Part shown: piece after piece, positions 49,363 through 64,000 of the stretch | Layout of the letters: each line of letters opens with the position of its first letter | How positions within the stretch are numbered: position 1 is the stretch's first letter | Assembly: GCA_030704615.1 (NCBI GenBank) | Contig: CM060733.1 | Span: 37,944,001 to 38,008,000, forward strand | Direction of reading: 5' to 3' | Source of the DNA: Takakia lepidozioides | Taxonomy: Eukaryota; Plantae; Bryophyta | DNA: 64,000 bases | Position numbers and translations under genes: made by a program | Notes under the pieces: generated by a model | Databases searched by the model: none | What the model was told of the DNA's origin: nothing | The model's input: the letters and a program-made list of their open reading frames with translations, nothing else

Positions 49363-52300
49363 TAATAATAATATGGAAATTAATAGTAAATGTGCTGCAA
49401 ATAACAATTACTCCGCATCAAATACTCTCCCCCCTCCGCAGACCATCAAATTATGTCACTGCATGCCCACCATAACTATGCGGCCGTTAGAGCGCGCCGG
49501 ATGATCTCCCGGATGAAGCCCGGATGGATGATGTCCGTGCGCCGCAACGGCCCCACCCGCCCTAACGGCCCAGGCCGCGCCGGGACCCCGGGCCCGCGGC
49601 TGCGGCCGCAGCCCCGACCGGCGACTGCGCAGTCTGAACGGAAAGTAAATGAGCAGTGCTGCGGCCGGACACGGCGTGCGAATATAGCGCTGCGACTGCA
49701 CCCCTATATTTGACTGCTTGTCAGCGTCATTTATAGGCGTGGGACGGGCGGCGTACAAACGATATGGGATATATCGCAGATTGCAAAATAGCACGCGCAT
49801 TTACTCATCGGTTGACCTTCGAGGCCCCTCATTATGTATCCCCCTCGCCGCACTATTCAATGCACCTTCCGATGTCGGGGAGAATGTTTCATGCTCGGTG
49901 GATGGGATCCATCCACCACCCCCCTTCCGTTCATCCATGGCACAATAAATGCGAAAGTGTTGAGGTCCTATTTGCTTGATCAATCAATTACCGCCCCCCA
50001 CGATGACGACTAGAAAAGGACAAAAATGGGACCCGGAGTGTACATACGAGTAGTATTATTATAATTTGGCCCAGGCTCTTGAAGGCCCCTGAATTGAATG
50101 CGCAGTGGGGTACTTTTTCGGATGTTTGCGAATTATTTAACTCGCGCTGTCAATGCCCCTGTCAGCAATCCAGGGTCCATCATTCACTTCCCCGGACGGA
50201 TGAGCTCGAGATGATATTTCCGTCATCCATCCTGGCGCCAAGCCCAGCCACCGACGGCGACGGCCTGCCGTCAGGCGCGGCGGCCGCGCCCGTCTCCTTC
50301 GCCGTTACAGAATGGTCCCCGACCGCCGGCCGCCGGCCGCCGACGCCGTGACTGACGGATGAATGCGCCGTCGCGGTAACGCCTGCCCGGCCCCGAGAAA
50401 GCTGCTGCCCGGGTTCCCCGCCGGTCACTTTAATGGTCCCGGCGAGTGATGGTGACGGAATGTTTGCCACAAGCCACATTCCTTGGCCCGAGTCGCTCGT
50501 AGCCTGAAAGGTATGAAGGTAGGTTGGTAGGTAGTCTCTTGTCTCTTCGTCTCTTCCGCTTCTCCTTCTCACAGTTGAAAGAAATTATGTATTTGGCTTT
50601 TGTGAGTGAAAGAAGCTTTGGCGTGAAGAATTCCCCAGACCCTTTCAACGTTGTGACATGCTCTGATGTGGGGCTAAACACTTACTGATTAACTAAAAGA
50701 CTGTAGACGAACTATGACAACTTGACTTGTGTCATGAGATGAGGGGATTGATGCCTGGGAGGAATGGATTTCGGGGCCCAGGGGGGGAAAGTTGGATGGG
50801 GTTGCAGAGAATAATACATAAGAGGTGCGTACACACTGACACAGTGCATGTGTGTGGGGGACCCACAGCACATGGCGGGGAAGGTTCAGTGTTGGACCGG
50901 TTGTTAGTCAACAGCATTAGCACTGATAAGCTGCTGACAGGATATGACATGACAGTAGAAACTAGAAACCTACCCCACTGCATTTTTTCAGGGTCTTTGG
51001 CGGATATTAGTTTAGTCACACTATCATCATCGCCACCATCATTAGACAGCCCAAGTCCATTGATTAAGATCAGCTGCACAACACAGAGTCAGTGGGACAT
51101 ACATAATAACCAGAGAGAACCTCAAAATCTGTAGCGGCAGCAACCATAGCCTTGGGATCTGGACCTTGAGCAGACAGCAGACCCATTATATTGGGGACTG
51201 TGAGCTGCTGGATTCTACAGGCTTCCAAGTATATCAGGACACCTCGGTTTCCAACCCAAAATTGGGATAGTAGTCTGAGATCCCTGGTCGGGACTAATAA
51301 ATATCCTTTTGCGATTTTGGTGTGATAGATCTATGGCTCCTTCGTGAAATGGGGGTATGAGTCAGCAGGGTTTTGTGCTGCAAAGTTCGGTGAAATAAGC
51401 TGCAATGCATTGCATTTGATGCGTGGGCCAACTTCCAAGTTGGGATGAATTACACACATGCGCAGGCTCAACGGCATGACCGTTTGGGAGTCTGTTTTTA
51501 GGGTGTTTGTCTTTATCTTCACTTGCCCATACTGTTGAGAGAATGTATCCCTTGGGCCAAAGACCAACAGTGGATGATCTGGCTGTTCTGGAAGTGAGGT
51601 GAGCTTTTGATTGTGTGGCGAGCTATCATTCAGGGACAAGACCACATTCACAGAATGCCAATTGATAACAGGCAGGTGCATGTTTCAGCACAGAAAGTTA
51701 CTGATGCCTTTCTTTCTTGCGCTCACCCACAATGAAAGAAAGGGGGTCCTGCAGGTCGAGTGGGGTGATCATCATCAGGATGGTGGGTGACAGTACCAGT
51801 GTGTGGAATATTTATACAGTTCAGATTCACAGAGTTGAGCATTTTGCAAGATGATACTAGTCTATTTCATGCAATGGTCTGAAGAGGCAGAAATTAGTAA
51901 GTTTGTAATCATGCAAAGAGCGACGTTGTTGCTCACAGGTCACAAGATTTTATTTTCATCTCTAAGGTACAATTATGGTCTTCACAAAGACCATGGTCAC
52001 AACTATGGCATTGCGCGTGTAAATCAATGTCTACTACGGAAACGTTGAGCCAGGCAGCCCTACTTTGAATGTCTACATTGCCAACTGCGATTGAAGTGAG
52101 GATTCTGGGACAAAAGTGATCTAGCAGAGCTCTATTTGGTGAAGATTCCACCAGTAAACTGAGCCAATAATCAAACAGCACCAACAACTTCAACAAAATG
52201 GTAAACGCCCAGCAAAACGCTCAGGGACCCAGAGTAGGCACTCGGGGTAAACCTACCATTAAACAGCTCTCAAAATCACTGAGACAACAAAATGAAATTC

Positions 52301-53076
52301 TCCAACAATTCAGTGTATACCCGGGGGGGGTCAAAGGATGGTGAAGGTTACACACTTGGGGCCTGTGCCGACTGCACAGTATCACAGCAGTGCAACAGTG
52401 GTTGTGGATGTTAAGTCCACAGCTCAATGGAGAACCCGTGCTGAATCTTCGTTATTCGACAACTAATGATGAAGCCACTAGTCGCGCTCCTGCTTTAAGA
52501 GAACCTGCACGGTGTCACCGGATGTAGGTCTTAAGGGGGGTTTGCTTGCAGTTGCTCTTCAAAAAGACAATGCCCCCCCACTCAGAAAGCAGCCACATAG
52601 AGAAAAAAGAGAAAACAAGGGGAGCTGGGGAGGGGGAAGAGCCCCATCATCTTTGCACAGTTAAGAAAATCTTCTGTGGGCTGCCTGTTCGAAGATTCTC
52701 CACATTAACAACAACCTGCATGCCAGTGTACCTACCACTCAGCCCCTTAACCTGTCCCATAGCACAGACCTACCTTTCTAAATAGTTGGAGTGAACAGTA
52801 ATAATTCAGTGTACAAGAGCTTTCAGGTGCTAAATAGTAATGGTGTAATGACTTCTCTTTTCTTCTAGTTTTCCTCTTCTCATCATATTTGGGCAGATGA
52901 TGCTGGTCAGCGAGTCCTTGGGTGATCCCTCTTCTAATGCAGACTTCCCCCCTGGTATCCCTCTACTCATGAAGAAAAATTCCTTAATATATTGCTTGGT
53001 TCCTTTGGCAGATAAAACTTACATTAAATTATGGTTGCTTGGTTCGTGAAGGAAATTTGAGAGGCAACGGACCCAC

Positions 53077-56000
53077 CTCGGCCTGGTTGGAGTCGGGGGG
53101 GAACCAGTGCATAAGTGATCCCAGATGTAGTACTGCCGGTATAGCTCTGAACAATAGTGGTGTTGACACCTGTCACAATTGATTCACAGCTTGCCAGTAA
53201 TCAGTGCTTGATCTTATGACCATATTGACAAAACAAGTTCCATGTTGAAAACAACCCAACTCATCATGATACAAGGTATTGACAACAGGCAGCAACCCAC
53301 TAAGCTACTGCTGCAAGGGGAAGAGGCCTTTGGAACACTATGGGTTGCTTGCCACCTTAGTGGTGGAAACTGGAAACCTCCTTGTCCGTACATTCTGAAA
53401 ATTTCATCCGTACATGATACTGAAGAAGAAAGTGAGGGATACTCAGCAAAATTTGCCAACTTGTGTCCTCCTAGAGCCATGCCCACTGAAACAAATCACT
53501 GGCCCCAAGAAAGCAAAAGATTGGCATAAGCATAGGCCTTACCAAGCTGAGGGCCGTGGTCCCAACTAGCAGCAGGTACAATTTTTTCTGTACAAGCACC
53601 AAACAGGCCACCAAATTTGCAAGGGAAAACAATCCAGACTTTTGCGTATCTTCCAATATACAAATATTTTAAACCAAATGGCAGACTCCTGCTGAAGCAT
53701 GTGCAACTAATAGTTCCTCCACCCTGGCTGTCTTCCGTTTGGGAAATGGACACCTTCTCACAGCCGTAACAGGGGCAACAGGGACGATGTGGTTGTGCAA
53801 AACCTTCCCCCAAGGACTGACCTACACGTTAGGTGACTGGTTGACCTAGTGACACCCCTCTTTCAGCTGGGTTGGCTATGATCCCTGATATCCAACATAC
53901 ACCCATGTGAATATGAATCCACACCACTTGCACGATGGAATTTCTGCCCTAATCACTGGGCCATCTCTTGATTGCCAAATTTCTTATCTCTATTCCAGCA
54001 TTGTGTCACACGCAATGTGTACAAGGATCTAACCCAAAAGCAGTCTTATTTCTGCGATTTCATGCTTGAACTTCTAAACTACTGCCTTCATCGAAAGGGG
54101 CAAGGAAAAGAGAGGACCTATCAGATCCCCAGACAGGCTGAAGGACTACATGACCCTGCAATTTAACCTGCAAGGTGGTCCACACTCCAGACAATAAAAT
54201 TGTCCTCACAATAGGAAGCAATCGTGCAGAATGAAAGCTGAATGATACAAGCCAAAAATTATGCCATGCTAAGGTCTTTACCTGTATCAGGTGGAGCTTG
54301 GAAGCTCGGCTGAGAAGCACAAAAGCAAATTCTCCTATTTGGGCAAGAGACATGCCCACCTGTACCAGGCATCAGCACAGATGTTTTAACACAATTTTCT
54401 GGATTGTAAACCAGTAGCCAAAATGCTGCTTAACACAGGTACAGCTTCTTCCCCACTCATGCATACTCATGCAATTACAATGTGGACAAGTTTATATGCA
54501 AAGTAGAGCTTCTTGGGCAAGCAAAGGGCAAATCAAATTTCAGGTTAGGAAGTGAAATTCCTGGTGACACAGGATTCTGTGTCAGTTCTTGCCTTCTGTC
54601 ATTCAGACTAACAAAAAGAAATAAGACAGTGGATCAAGTAAGAAGGGGATCCAGAAGTATAGCAGTACTCACAAGAAAGGCATTTCTTAAGTTGTATCCA
54701 AAAGCTCTGACGACCACCGTAACTACAATGGTTTTGGAGATGATGACAAGGACAAGGGACGCCAGCAGAATGTCCATATGTGTCCACAAAAATTGAACAT
54801 TTATAAGCATTCCAATGCTTGCCAGAAATAGCGCTGTGAAGAGATTCCTTATTGGCTCCACCTTCAACATGCACCACCCAATCCCAAGTTCAGCAACTTG
54901 TGGTTACCCAAACAGCTACAGGAAGCAATTTACCAGCCATAGAATGTTTAATTGCTGCTGCATCAACGACATCCAACCTCAGTACATCAAATCACTGTCA
55001 AATGTAACCAAGACACTTGGAAAGAACGTGAAGACAACTGATCTCCCTTCTCCAGAAATGGGCCCAACCCACATCCCTCCCTCCGGCCCATCAATGAAAC
55101 AATGGACAAAGCTAAGGGAAACCAGACCTGCTCTAGAGTGTGTTCTGCAAGATCAGTGGTGGAGATCATGACACCCGCCACGAAAGCACCGAGCTCCAAA
55201 CTCAGCCCAAGCTTATCACTAATCTGTGTTCCAAAACCACAGCAATACATCATTGTGCTGTTGCTATATCATCTTAAAAACAAAGAAGAGAGGTAAAAAA
55301 CGAGAGTTGGTTCCTTTGTCCCTAGCAAACGGTCAGCATGTAAAAGACAAGAGACCATAAGACCCATCGAACCCATATCTTTTCAGGGGTCACTAAAAGT
55401 GTTCATCCACATGGGCTTGGAATTGATACACAACAACAACTCGACACACTTAAAGCAGACTGCACAGCTAGACACTGCGCCTACTTTGGACGGGTGACAA
55501 GCTGTAAAATTGACGACAGACAAACACAGGAATATGTACCCAGGCAACGAGCAAGCAAAACGCCACTGCAGCTAGTTGATACAGCTCATTCGTCTGCATT
55601 CCATAAAAGATGCCATCAGTACCCAATTTCAAATAGATGAGTTTAAATGCAGGGGTCTAAAGCCCAACCCAATAATGCTTGCACAGAGTCAGGAAAACAA
55701 AGTGACTTATATTTTATCTACAGAACAGCTTGCCATTATGAGCGACAATCATGGAATCTTACCCCTTTCCACTCCAATAATCTCAAGAAAGAAACGTTCA
55801 TCAGTTTAAATCACTCTGGCTGGGTCTATCATAAATGGGACTGTCACAGAGTTTTGTCCATGGCCCGAAACCACCTGGACTGAGAGGCGCATCATCAATT
55901 TTAGAAATCGGGGTACAAATGATCGGGCCAGAATGGCAGCTGACAAGAGAAAAGCTGTGAGCACCAACAAGCTGCATAGACACAACATGAAATAAGGTGT

Positions 56001-59000
56001 GACACATTGGAAGCTTCAATGTAACAGAATACTTGCAAACAGTAGGCTCTCCATATCCAAAAATTTCACCTCTATTATCATAGGCTGTTCGACAAAGAGG
56101 TGCTTACGATCGAGACATGGAGATGAGGCCTGACATCACACCACTGTCGCCTCCCAGTACAGGCAGCAGCGCAAATAGCAACCCAACTGCACAGTCCTGG
56201 TTCAACAAAACCCCTCTCCATGGATTTGATGTCAACAGTCTCTGACAGGAAACTAATCATGTGGAAGCCATACCAGCCACATGTTACATTCCAGCCTAGC
56301 TTGCCTTTCTCCCCTCCAACAAAACAGACTCATTCACACATACGCTAGGACAAAAGTTCATGTATTCTCTCAATGCAGTAGTTCCAATCATTAGGAGATG
56401 ATGGAAATATCACTTTGACTTGATGTCTAGATTGCAAGGGAGAAGAAGGGTACCTGTAAGATGAGGGTGCCTATAGTAACTTGTCCGTGTAGTGAATTTG
56501 TGCTGTTACGGTCCATCAAAAACTTTAACACCTGTAAATCACATTGACTTCAGTCATAGATCAAAATAGTACACAGCAAGCTTAACCATGTTCCCACCTG
56601 CCCCTGGGTGTAGATGTGCATGCCTAACATATAGGCAAAATTATAAATTAGCAAAGTTGATATCACACGGCTGCTTCCTTCGTCTGTTGACTGGCAATCT
56701 GTCTTTTTACTTGAAAACTGAGTGGTATGTGGACAGGCATGACCTTATCTCACACTTTGGACCTACCATATACGCAAAATTACAAAATTATCAAAGTTGA
56801 TATCACACGGCTGCTTCCTTCGTCTGCTGACTGGCAATCTGTCTTTTTACTTGAAAACTGAGTGGTATGTGGACAGGCATGACCTTATCTCAGACTTTGG
56901 ACCAAGCACACCTTACTGTACAGTAAGTGTCAAAGAACAATCGAAGAGATAGATCGCTAGATACAGGGTGCATAACAAACCCACCAAGTGTACCAGAGAA
57001 GTTGCTAAGACAGACAGCACATGTGAGAATTCAATTCTACAATAGCTAGCAAGTGAGCCTACAAAAATGCACTTAGGTTACAGCCACCACAAGAGGTTGG
57101 TAAAGAGGGAGAGAGACAGTTGGAAAGACAGAAAGAAAGAAAGACTTACAACCTCCCAAGGAAGCTCTTAGAAAGGAGAAACCCCAAGCTTATAGAAAGG
57201 AAGAAAACAAGAAACCTTTTAACATCCACAGGGCCCATGCAACAAGAAATAAAAAAAACTTAGAAACATCCACAGAGCACCCTGAGAGAGAGGGCGCAAA
57301 AGGGAAGAAAAAAACTTTATAATGTCAACAAGAAACTGAAAGAACTTATTGGACAAAAGGAAATTAACAAACCATACAGAAATAGAACCCAAAAACCAGC
57401 CATACAACCAGAAAACTACAATTCAACTTCTCTAAAGTGGAGAGCCTCTTGTAGATGTGCTGCAAAGCATCTCTGATCCTTGTAATTGAACAAATTTGTC
57501 AGGGATTGGGTATCTGTTACAAGCCTTCACAAACATCATCCCTGAATTTGAGAGTGTCAATGACAAGACAGGTTGGATGCATGAAAGCAAATTCGGCCAT
57601 ATGTGATGCAAGAATGTGTTAAAAGCACTTCCTAACAGGAGGTGGTAGTTAGAAGCTGACCACAGCAGTCGATGACATAGATAGGAAAGCACCCACGAAT
57701 ATTCCCTCAGAAGACTTTGCCCCGCAAAGCTAAATGTACACACAGACAACCAATAGTTAGTGCCATTTCAGGAAGGAGGTCCCTTCCTCTTATATGAGAG
57801 TGATAGCTGCCTTCATATACCCGTGACTTGTGTATGGACCACGACAATCACACAGTGAAAAGATTCAAGCTGATGAATAAACTCAGGTCATCAATGGATG
57901 GCTAGAGAAGGTATCAAGGTGAGGATGGGGACAATCATATATCTTAGGGGTGGAATACAACACGATCAACATTTGAGTGTGTAAGAGCTTCTCCATGAGA
58001 CATAAAGACAAAAACAGAACTGTGCGAGACTGAAAAAGGAAGAGAGGGTTCACCACAGCAGTTAGAGCACAGAGGCACATGAAGAGTGCAATCTGTATAA
58101 ATCCGCCGAAGATAGCAACGGCCCGTACAACACGGAGCTGCTCCCACCCAAGTAAAACTTGTGTAAATTATCTATATTTTGAGTTTGTTTGGAAGGAATC
58201 ACTATCCAAGAAAAGGAGGAGAAAATTGGTTTCTAACGTTGGTCGGAAACATAAATGATAGCAATTCCGACTCAGAGTTTGTGCAACCCCTTGTACTCTG
58301 GCTTACCATGTTAAAGATAGACAAACACACACATACTTATACATAAATATTCATGTTTTACCCATTTTAGCTTACTCCTTTAAACCACCCGGAAGCTCTA
58401 GAGGAAATTGATCTAAATCATTGGGAAGAGAAAAGACACAACATTCTTACCTTGGTGGTAGAAAACTCGAGCCCCAAAGCAAAAAGAAGAAACACAACCC
58501 CAAATTGGGCCACGGTCTCAACCTGCAAAATCGAGTAGTGCACACAACCCATAGCTCAGCAACAAAGCATAAACATGTTAATATGTCTCACACATAATGC
58601 CATTTACATGTAGCCTGTTAGCTCTACATTTCAGGAGATCAACTGACAATCTTCTTCAAATGGATTTCCACTTCCAGGGCTGCCAGAACGAACATGGTAG
58701 GGTGAGAATGAGCTCTCAACCATAAAGCTTCCTCAAAGAACAAAAACAAGAACTTGCAGGCAAGACCCACAGGAGTGAAGATCTGGTGGAATTGTCCCTA
58801 AAACATTTCGGGATCATATGAGAGATTCCATTCACCCTATCCTAACTTGATCAATTACCATTCAAAAAACATATACCTGCACTAATTCGCTCACAAAGCT
58901 CAACCCACCCGGCCCTATAGCAGACCCTGCCAGCAGATACCCTGTAATCACCTGTGTACAAAACAGCCATCAAAACAGGATATTCGGGCCCTTGGGAAGC

Positions 59001-62000
59001 TTGGAGATATGAGATACTTAATAACAATAAAAAGTACCCTGTCTGTAATTTGGTCTTCTGCAAGGTACATCTAACTTCAATAACATCGGGGTACAGCTCC
59101 AGGTTCCTTTCAGGAACACGGTCACTCAAAACCAAGGAACAGAATAAAGACTAACCGGCTGGCCAACACAAGCAAATGCAATACCACCTCCTGCTGCTGA
59201 TACAATAACCACCACCAAATCTGAGATAAATCTGCAAAATGAGAAGATTTTGATGAGAACATCCCCGTAGGTGAAAATGGACCTGTTTTAAGGCATGCAC
59301 AAATGAACTGCTTCGAATCTGAAGATCCTTGCAGCAACTTATGCCAAGAAATTGCAAATCTGATGGGCCTCCCATGAGCAAGAGGTGACTTGCATTGCAC
59401 AATGAGAAGAAAGAGTACCTCAAGTCTTGTTGAAGAATCATAGATCCCTCTCTCGATTTCGATATGACAAACACATTGTCCTGCACCCAGGTACCACAAC
59501 AAACAGTAAGACATTGAATAATGAGGCAAAGGATTCCATACAATTTCGAATGCACATGCAGAGCCAGCAGAAGCCACATGTCTCAAGTACAGGGAAAACT
59601 CTGAGCATCCCTGCATTCTCTGTCCGCAACTTGAATGAAGACCTGTATGCTAGACCTAACTTGAGACTGATGTTGTCTCGCTGAGGAACAGAAAAATGCA
59701 TAACAACAACACCTCAATTTTTGAAAAGAGATGCATATGGATACTTCACCCCAGACTTGTGGAAAAGCAACAAAGAATATGCACAAAAAAATTGATACTG
59801 AAACAGCTGTAGTTATTGTATCTCAGTTCATGGGGCTGGCAGAGGAGGATTTAGAGATTCACATGTGAACCTTAATCACCATGAGTGCAAAAGGCTCCCA
59901 CACATATGAAGTGGGACTTTCTTAAGATAAGTAATCATGGTAAGACTATGTAAAGCACATCAGCCTACCTTTTTGTCGATCAGAGTGGGCAGTTCATCGG
60001 CACCGGTTTCAGAGTCCAAATTGATAAAATCGTGGAATTGAAACGATTTTGCAGTCGCACTATTAAGAACCAAAGGTGCCATTAGTTGCATTTCTAGTAC
60101 GAAAAATAGGACAATGCCAACTCTCTTGTGTAGCACCAAAGAGCAAAGAGAAGACCGTTCCTCATTCTCCTGATATTCTCCTGCCTTCGTTAACCTGTGC
60201 TATACAAATTCCCACATAGGGTCTTCCTCCCTTGCTAGTGACTATCTGCAACAAGCCTTAGGAAGTAAACCTATAAGTAATCATACCAACAGTTCAGCTG
60301 AACAAAGGGATGGCCACAAAACCCATCAAACATGAAAGGGAAAGCTCACAAACAACCACATTTTACGAGTGAACCACAGGTGCTCCAGCTTGGCCTCACT
60401 ATGCTTTTGCACCATGCTATGCCAATCCACTCACCATCTTGAGGTATGATCTCCTTACATAAAAAGTTGACAATATATGGAGTTTTACAAATTACGTCCA
60501 GACAGTAATCTCAATGCACATACTTCTCTTCTTGGGTGTCATTCTTTTTGGGCTTGTCGTGTGTTACTCTGGCCACTGTCTCTAGCACAGCCTGCACAGC
60601 AAACTTACTCTTTCATACTTCAGGATAACAAATGTGAATTTGCCTAAGCCCCGGGCACAACAGAACCAGATATTTGCACCTTCATAACCGAAATGAAAAT
60701 AAAAGACTGGCAGACAGGAACGAAATTTCACTACGTCCACACAGTGAGAGGTGAACCAAGGCTGAGGGCTTGCTCTCTTGCCTTGGAAAACCTGGGGACA
60801 CCAGCCAGGTTGGATGTTAGGTGGTGCAACTCAACCCCAGTGACTGGTAGGATGGATGTGCAGAGGGCTATGTTGGTAGTAGGTGCGATCAGGTTTCGTG
60901 TTTTACTGCCGGCCCACTGGTGCATGGGTATCAGTTCCTATCTGCCCTGTTTGCTGGGCCATCTGGATATCAATTGCCTTCCAATGACTCTAGGATCATG
61001 GACATAGGACTCCTTCGCCATCTTCAGCTTTCCGGATCAGGTGCTTCTGTTCTTTGAATTCTGGCTGTTGGAAAGAAGTTAGACCACCACTCTTTGCGTT
61101 CCTAAGCTGTAATCTTGTCACTGACCCTGTTGTTGGCATCCCTTTGTTTGCCTTATCAAGTTTGTTCACAGTTGTTTCCCTTTCAACAAAGAGACAGAGA
61201 GAAGAGGAAGACGGAAACTTGTTAAGAGGAGAGGGAGAGCCAGAAATAAAGACAAGCTCACCTGTTGCTCATTGACACTGTTGTTAAAACTGCTGCCCAC
61301 CCTTCCCTCACTTGCTGCAAATGTCCAAATCGTTGTCAATATCAAAAAGCCAAGACCTCATACTACTAGGATGGCTGGAGAACATGGAAGTAGACCATAT
61401 CCATCATGACCTGCCAACCTAGCTACTTGCCAGGAGATGCAGCCAAGACTTACATAACTAGGTTGACTTGACCAGCGTTCCACTCTGACATAGCTAGTCA
61501 TTGTATGGATCAGCACAACTTTTTAGTGACTTTGTGAAACTTTAGAGATTAGCTGCTTTCTTACTCTACTGCATGTCCCTTTTGGGGAGCTCTAGAAGGG
61601 TGCAATGTTCCTGAATTATCAGAAGATAGTGTCACTGCCAAAACAAATGGCACCACCTTTTATGCAACAATCATCTCAATGCGTCCAAAAGATAATCCCA
61701 TCCATTCCAACCTGCTACCCCTGCCAAGCTGGATGTTTCCAGAGTGTCCACATGCAGGGACAGCAGGCAGATACAGTTGTGAAGCAAGTTAATAATTAGG
61801 TCAAACTACTCCCTTTGTGTTGGAAGTTTCTATCATGGCCCCATACCCAACTAGTCACAGTTGCTACGTGGCCTCCAATGATACTCCACATCGAAGGTCC
61901 AATCAGTGCATCCCTTACAGAGAATCGTATCAGAATTCTCTATGCCGGCATCAGCAAGCTTACCGCAATTGTATTGACATGACTTGACTTGTGACAATTC

Positions 62001-63525
62001 AAAACAACTTCACATGATGCCAGCTCTGTGGTGGAGCATTTTCGACAGCCATTTTGGTTTCAATAAACCCTAACCACGTGCATACAAATACATCAGCATG
62101 ACCAGACTTTGACTTCTTAAATAAACATCAGATGATGCCAGCTCTGTGGCTTGCCATTCGGACAGTCCTTCGGTCTCACTAAAGCATAATGATGCATGTC
62201 CGTTATAGAGTAAACAAGAAAGGGACAAAGACATCAGACAAGTCATGAATCAGAACAACTGACCAAAGAGCAATCTGGAGGCAGACAAAGTTACAGGGTT
62301 ATCAAAGGCAAAAAGATCCAGGTGCGATCAGCACCCATTGGATCAGGCAACTGCATGGACAAGTTCAAGGAGCATTCTATGGACAATCTTCTGTTTTCTA
62401 CCTCTTCATGAACAACATAATAATCGATCCTTGCAGATAGGTTTTAATTTTCAAAGGTCAATAAATGAGTCCTTTAATAACCAGCCAGGGGCATTGCAGC
62501 CCTGCCTAGAGTGCAAGGCTCAAATGGAATGTTGTAAGAGTATGTGCAGCAAATACATTGGATTAAAGAGCTCACAATTGTGAGAATCAAATTAAACAAA
62601 GACAGACATATATTGTTCTCTAGAATGCATCAGCTGCGTCCCAGGCATCTGTGATTTTGGATTGTGTTTACGATTTGGTGTGTGTGTGTGCGCGTGTGAG
62701 AGAGTGAGAGAGAGTTGTTTAAGGAGGCAACTTCATGCCTGGCAGTAATCTACACTGAATTTTTTTTGCCTCATACAATGATGAGAATCTATTTTCCGTG
62801 GAACTTTACAGAGTTTCCCGGTGCTTGCACTTGATTTACTTGGGAGATTTGAAGAACTTTCGGGCATCAATTCTGCCAGAGGAAAGAGAGAGCTGGACTG
62901 CTACAGTAGTGAGAAGGAACTGCGGTGGATGGAGCCAGGAAGGGAGACCACTTAGCTGGTCCAACTAAATTGTGGAACAACAGTCATTGTATGCAAGAGG
63001 GACGACAGTTTTACAGAAAAAGAGATTTTGGAATGACCACTAGTCGACCAGAAAAATGAGTCGCTTTTAGTTTGTGACACTGGGAAGATGAGAGAAGGGA
63101 ATACCTTCTTGAGGATCCTCCTTTTCAGGAAATTCCTTCTCCAGAACCTTATCAAACATCTCAGCAATGCTCCCTTCTCTGGAATTTGGGGCATGTGCTA
63201 TGGTCGAGTTTGTCCGGGTAACATTTAAATCTACCTCCTTCTTCTCCTCACTGAAGTCAACATAATCCAGTCTCTCCCCTGTTGCTTCGGCCATAAGCTT
63301 TGCCATCAGCAAAATTCCCAAGATACATATTGTGTACATACTAACCCATCGACTCCTTCGTGTATGTTGAGGAAAGGTGCTCTTGGTACATTCACATTGA
63401 CCTAAACTAGTTGATAAATCTGTGCTTCTCCAGTCACATTTGCCCAACCTCCTGGTCAGTTCATAGGCTGATGTCTCTTCCCCATTCAAGTCTGTGCCAT
63501 TGACGTTGCTTACCCTGTATTCCAT
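53077..63525 (-). CDS. KEA: K+ efflux antiporter of the KEA4/5/6 clade (CPA2), about 19-20 exons; last exon(s) uncertain, possibly extending to ~52450
   Basis: Exons encode GSIAEMFDKVLEKEF, AVLETVARV, DNVFVIS, GYLLAGSAIGPGG, VETVAQFGVVFLLFALGLEFS, FLSMSSTAV, LHGQVTIGTLILQ^DCAVG, LGLSLELGAFVAGVMISTTD, EPIRNLF, SLAQIGEFAFVLL and GTTALSL^VSTPLLF. GT-AG borders. The N-terminus looks most like KEA5. Confidence 0.93.
56636..56903. repeat. Recent ~140-bp tandem duplication in a KEA intron
   Basis: AAAGTTGATATCACACGGCTGC...ACTTTGGACC occurs twice with ~2 mismatches in the core. Confidence 0.9.
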
Positions 63526-64000
63526 GGTAACTATTCCTCGGAGAGGGATGGCAGAGCCAGAGCACTTCTTGCTCCCTGTGTTATGAGAGCATTGATTCCC
63601 AGATCCGGCGATCTACTCCAACCAATAACCGACATGAATACCAGAGGGCCAGTTTGGAAATTCTAAAGACATCTAGCTTTTGCGTTGCAGTCCATCCTCA
63701 AAGAACAGAGTTTCTAGATGCTTCCCTGGGGTTGCCCCGATGAACATCGAGGACACACTCGCCATGAGTCCTGAACCCGACATTGAGTCTGTATCGCCAT
63801 GACATTAACTTCAAGCTATCCGACGTGACCATACTGGAGGTAATATTCTTGCCGTGCTTACAAGTCCATGGCTTCTCTTCTCTTCTCTTCTTCTTGGATA
63901 TGCACAGCCAGCAACTAAAAGTCCACTCGTTTAAGCTCCTGTACCTGTCCCCAGATATGAGATTGGACACTTCTTTCACCGGACGCTTTTCCTCACTTTA

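Overview
Eukaryotic land-plant DNA, probably from a non-seed plant such as a moss (inference from the repeat types present). The right half has two clean spliced host genes: a class I LBD/LOB transcription factor (40119-41393, +) and a KEA4/5/6-type K+/H+ antiporter (~53077-63525, -). The left half is dense with transposons: a possible CACTG end, MITEs, a Helitron and a rearranged chromoviral Ty3 element (6719-11271). It also holds a three-level nest: a TTAA-flanked piggyBac (11899-34559) contains a Mutator-like element with a 9-bp TSD (13457-31734), which contains a very young chromoviral Ty3/gypsy element (19691-26658). The most striking feature is the second gene of the Mutator-like element. 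It is intron-containing, runs divergently from the transposase, and encodes an N-terminal ParB/Srx-like domain (WDGNHR) fused to a C-terminal beta-class N4C/N6A DNA methyltransferase-like domain. Two of its introns carry arrays of a conserved 22-24 bp palindrome. A second notable item is a TRIM-like mini LTR element whose LTRs are about half tRNA-like cloverleaf (44443-44786). All calls are by-eye motif recognition; no database searches were run.
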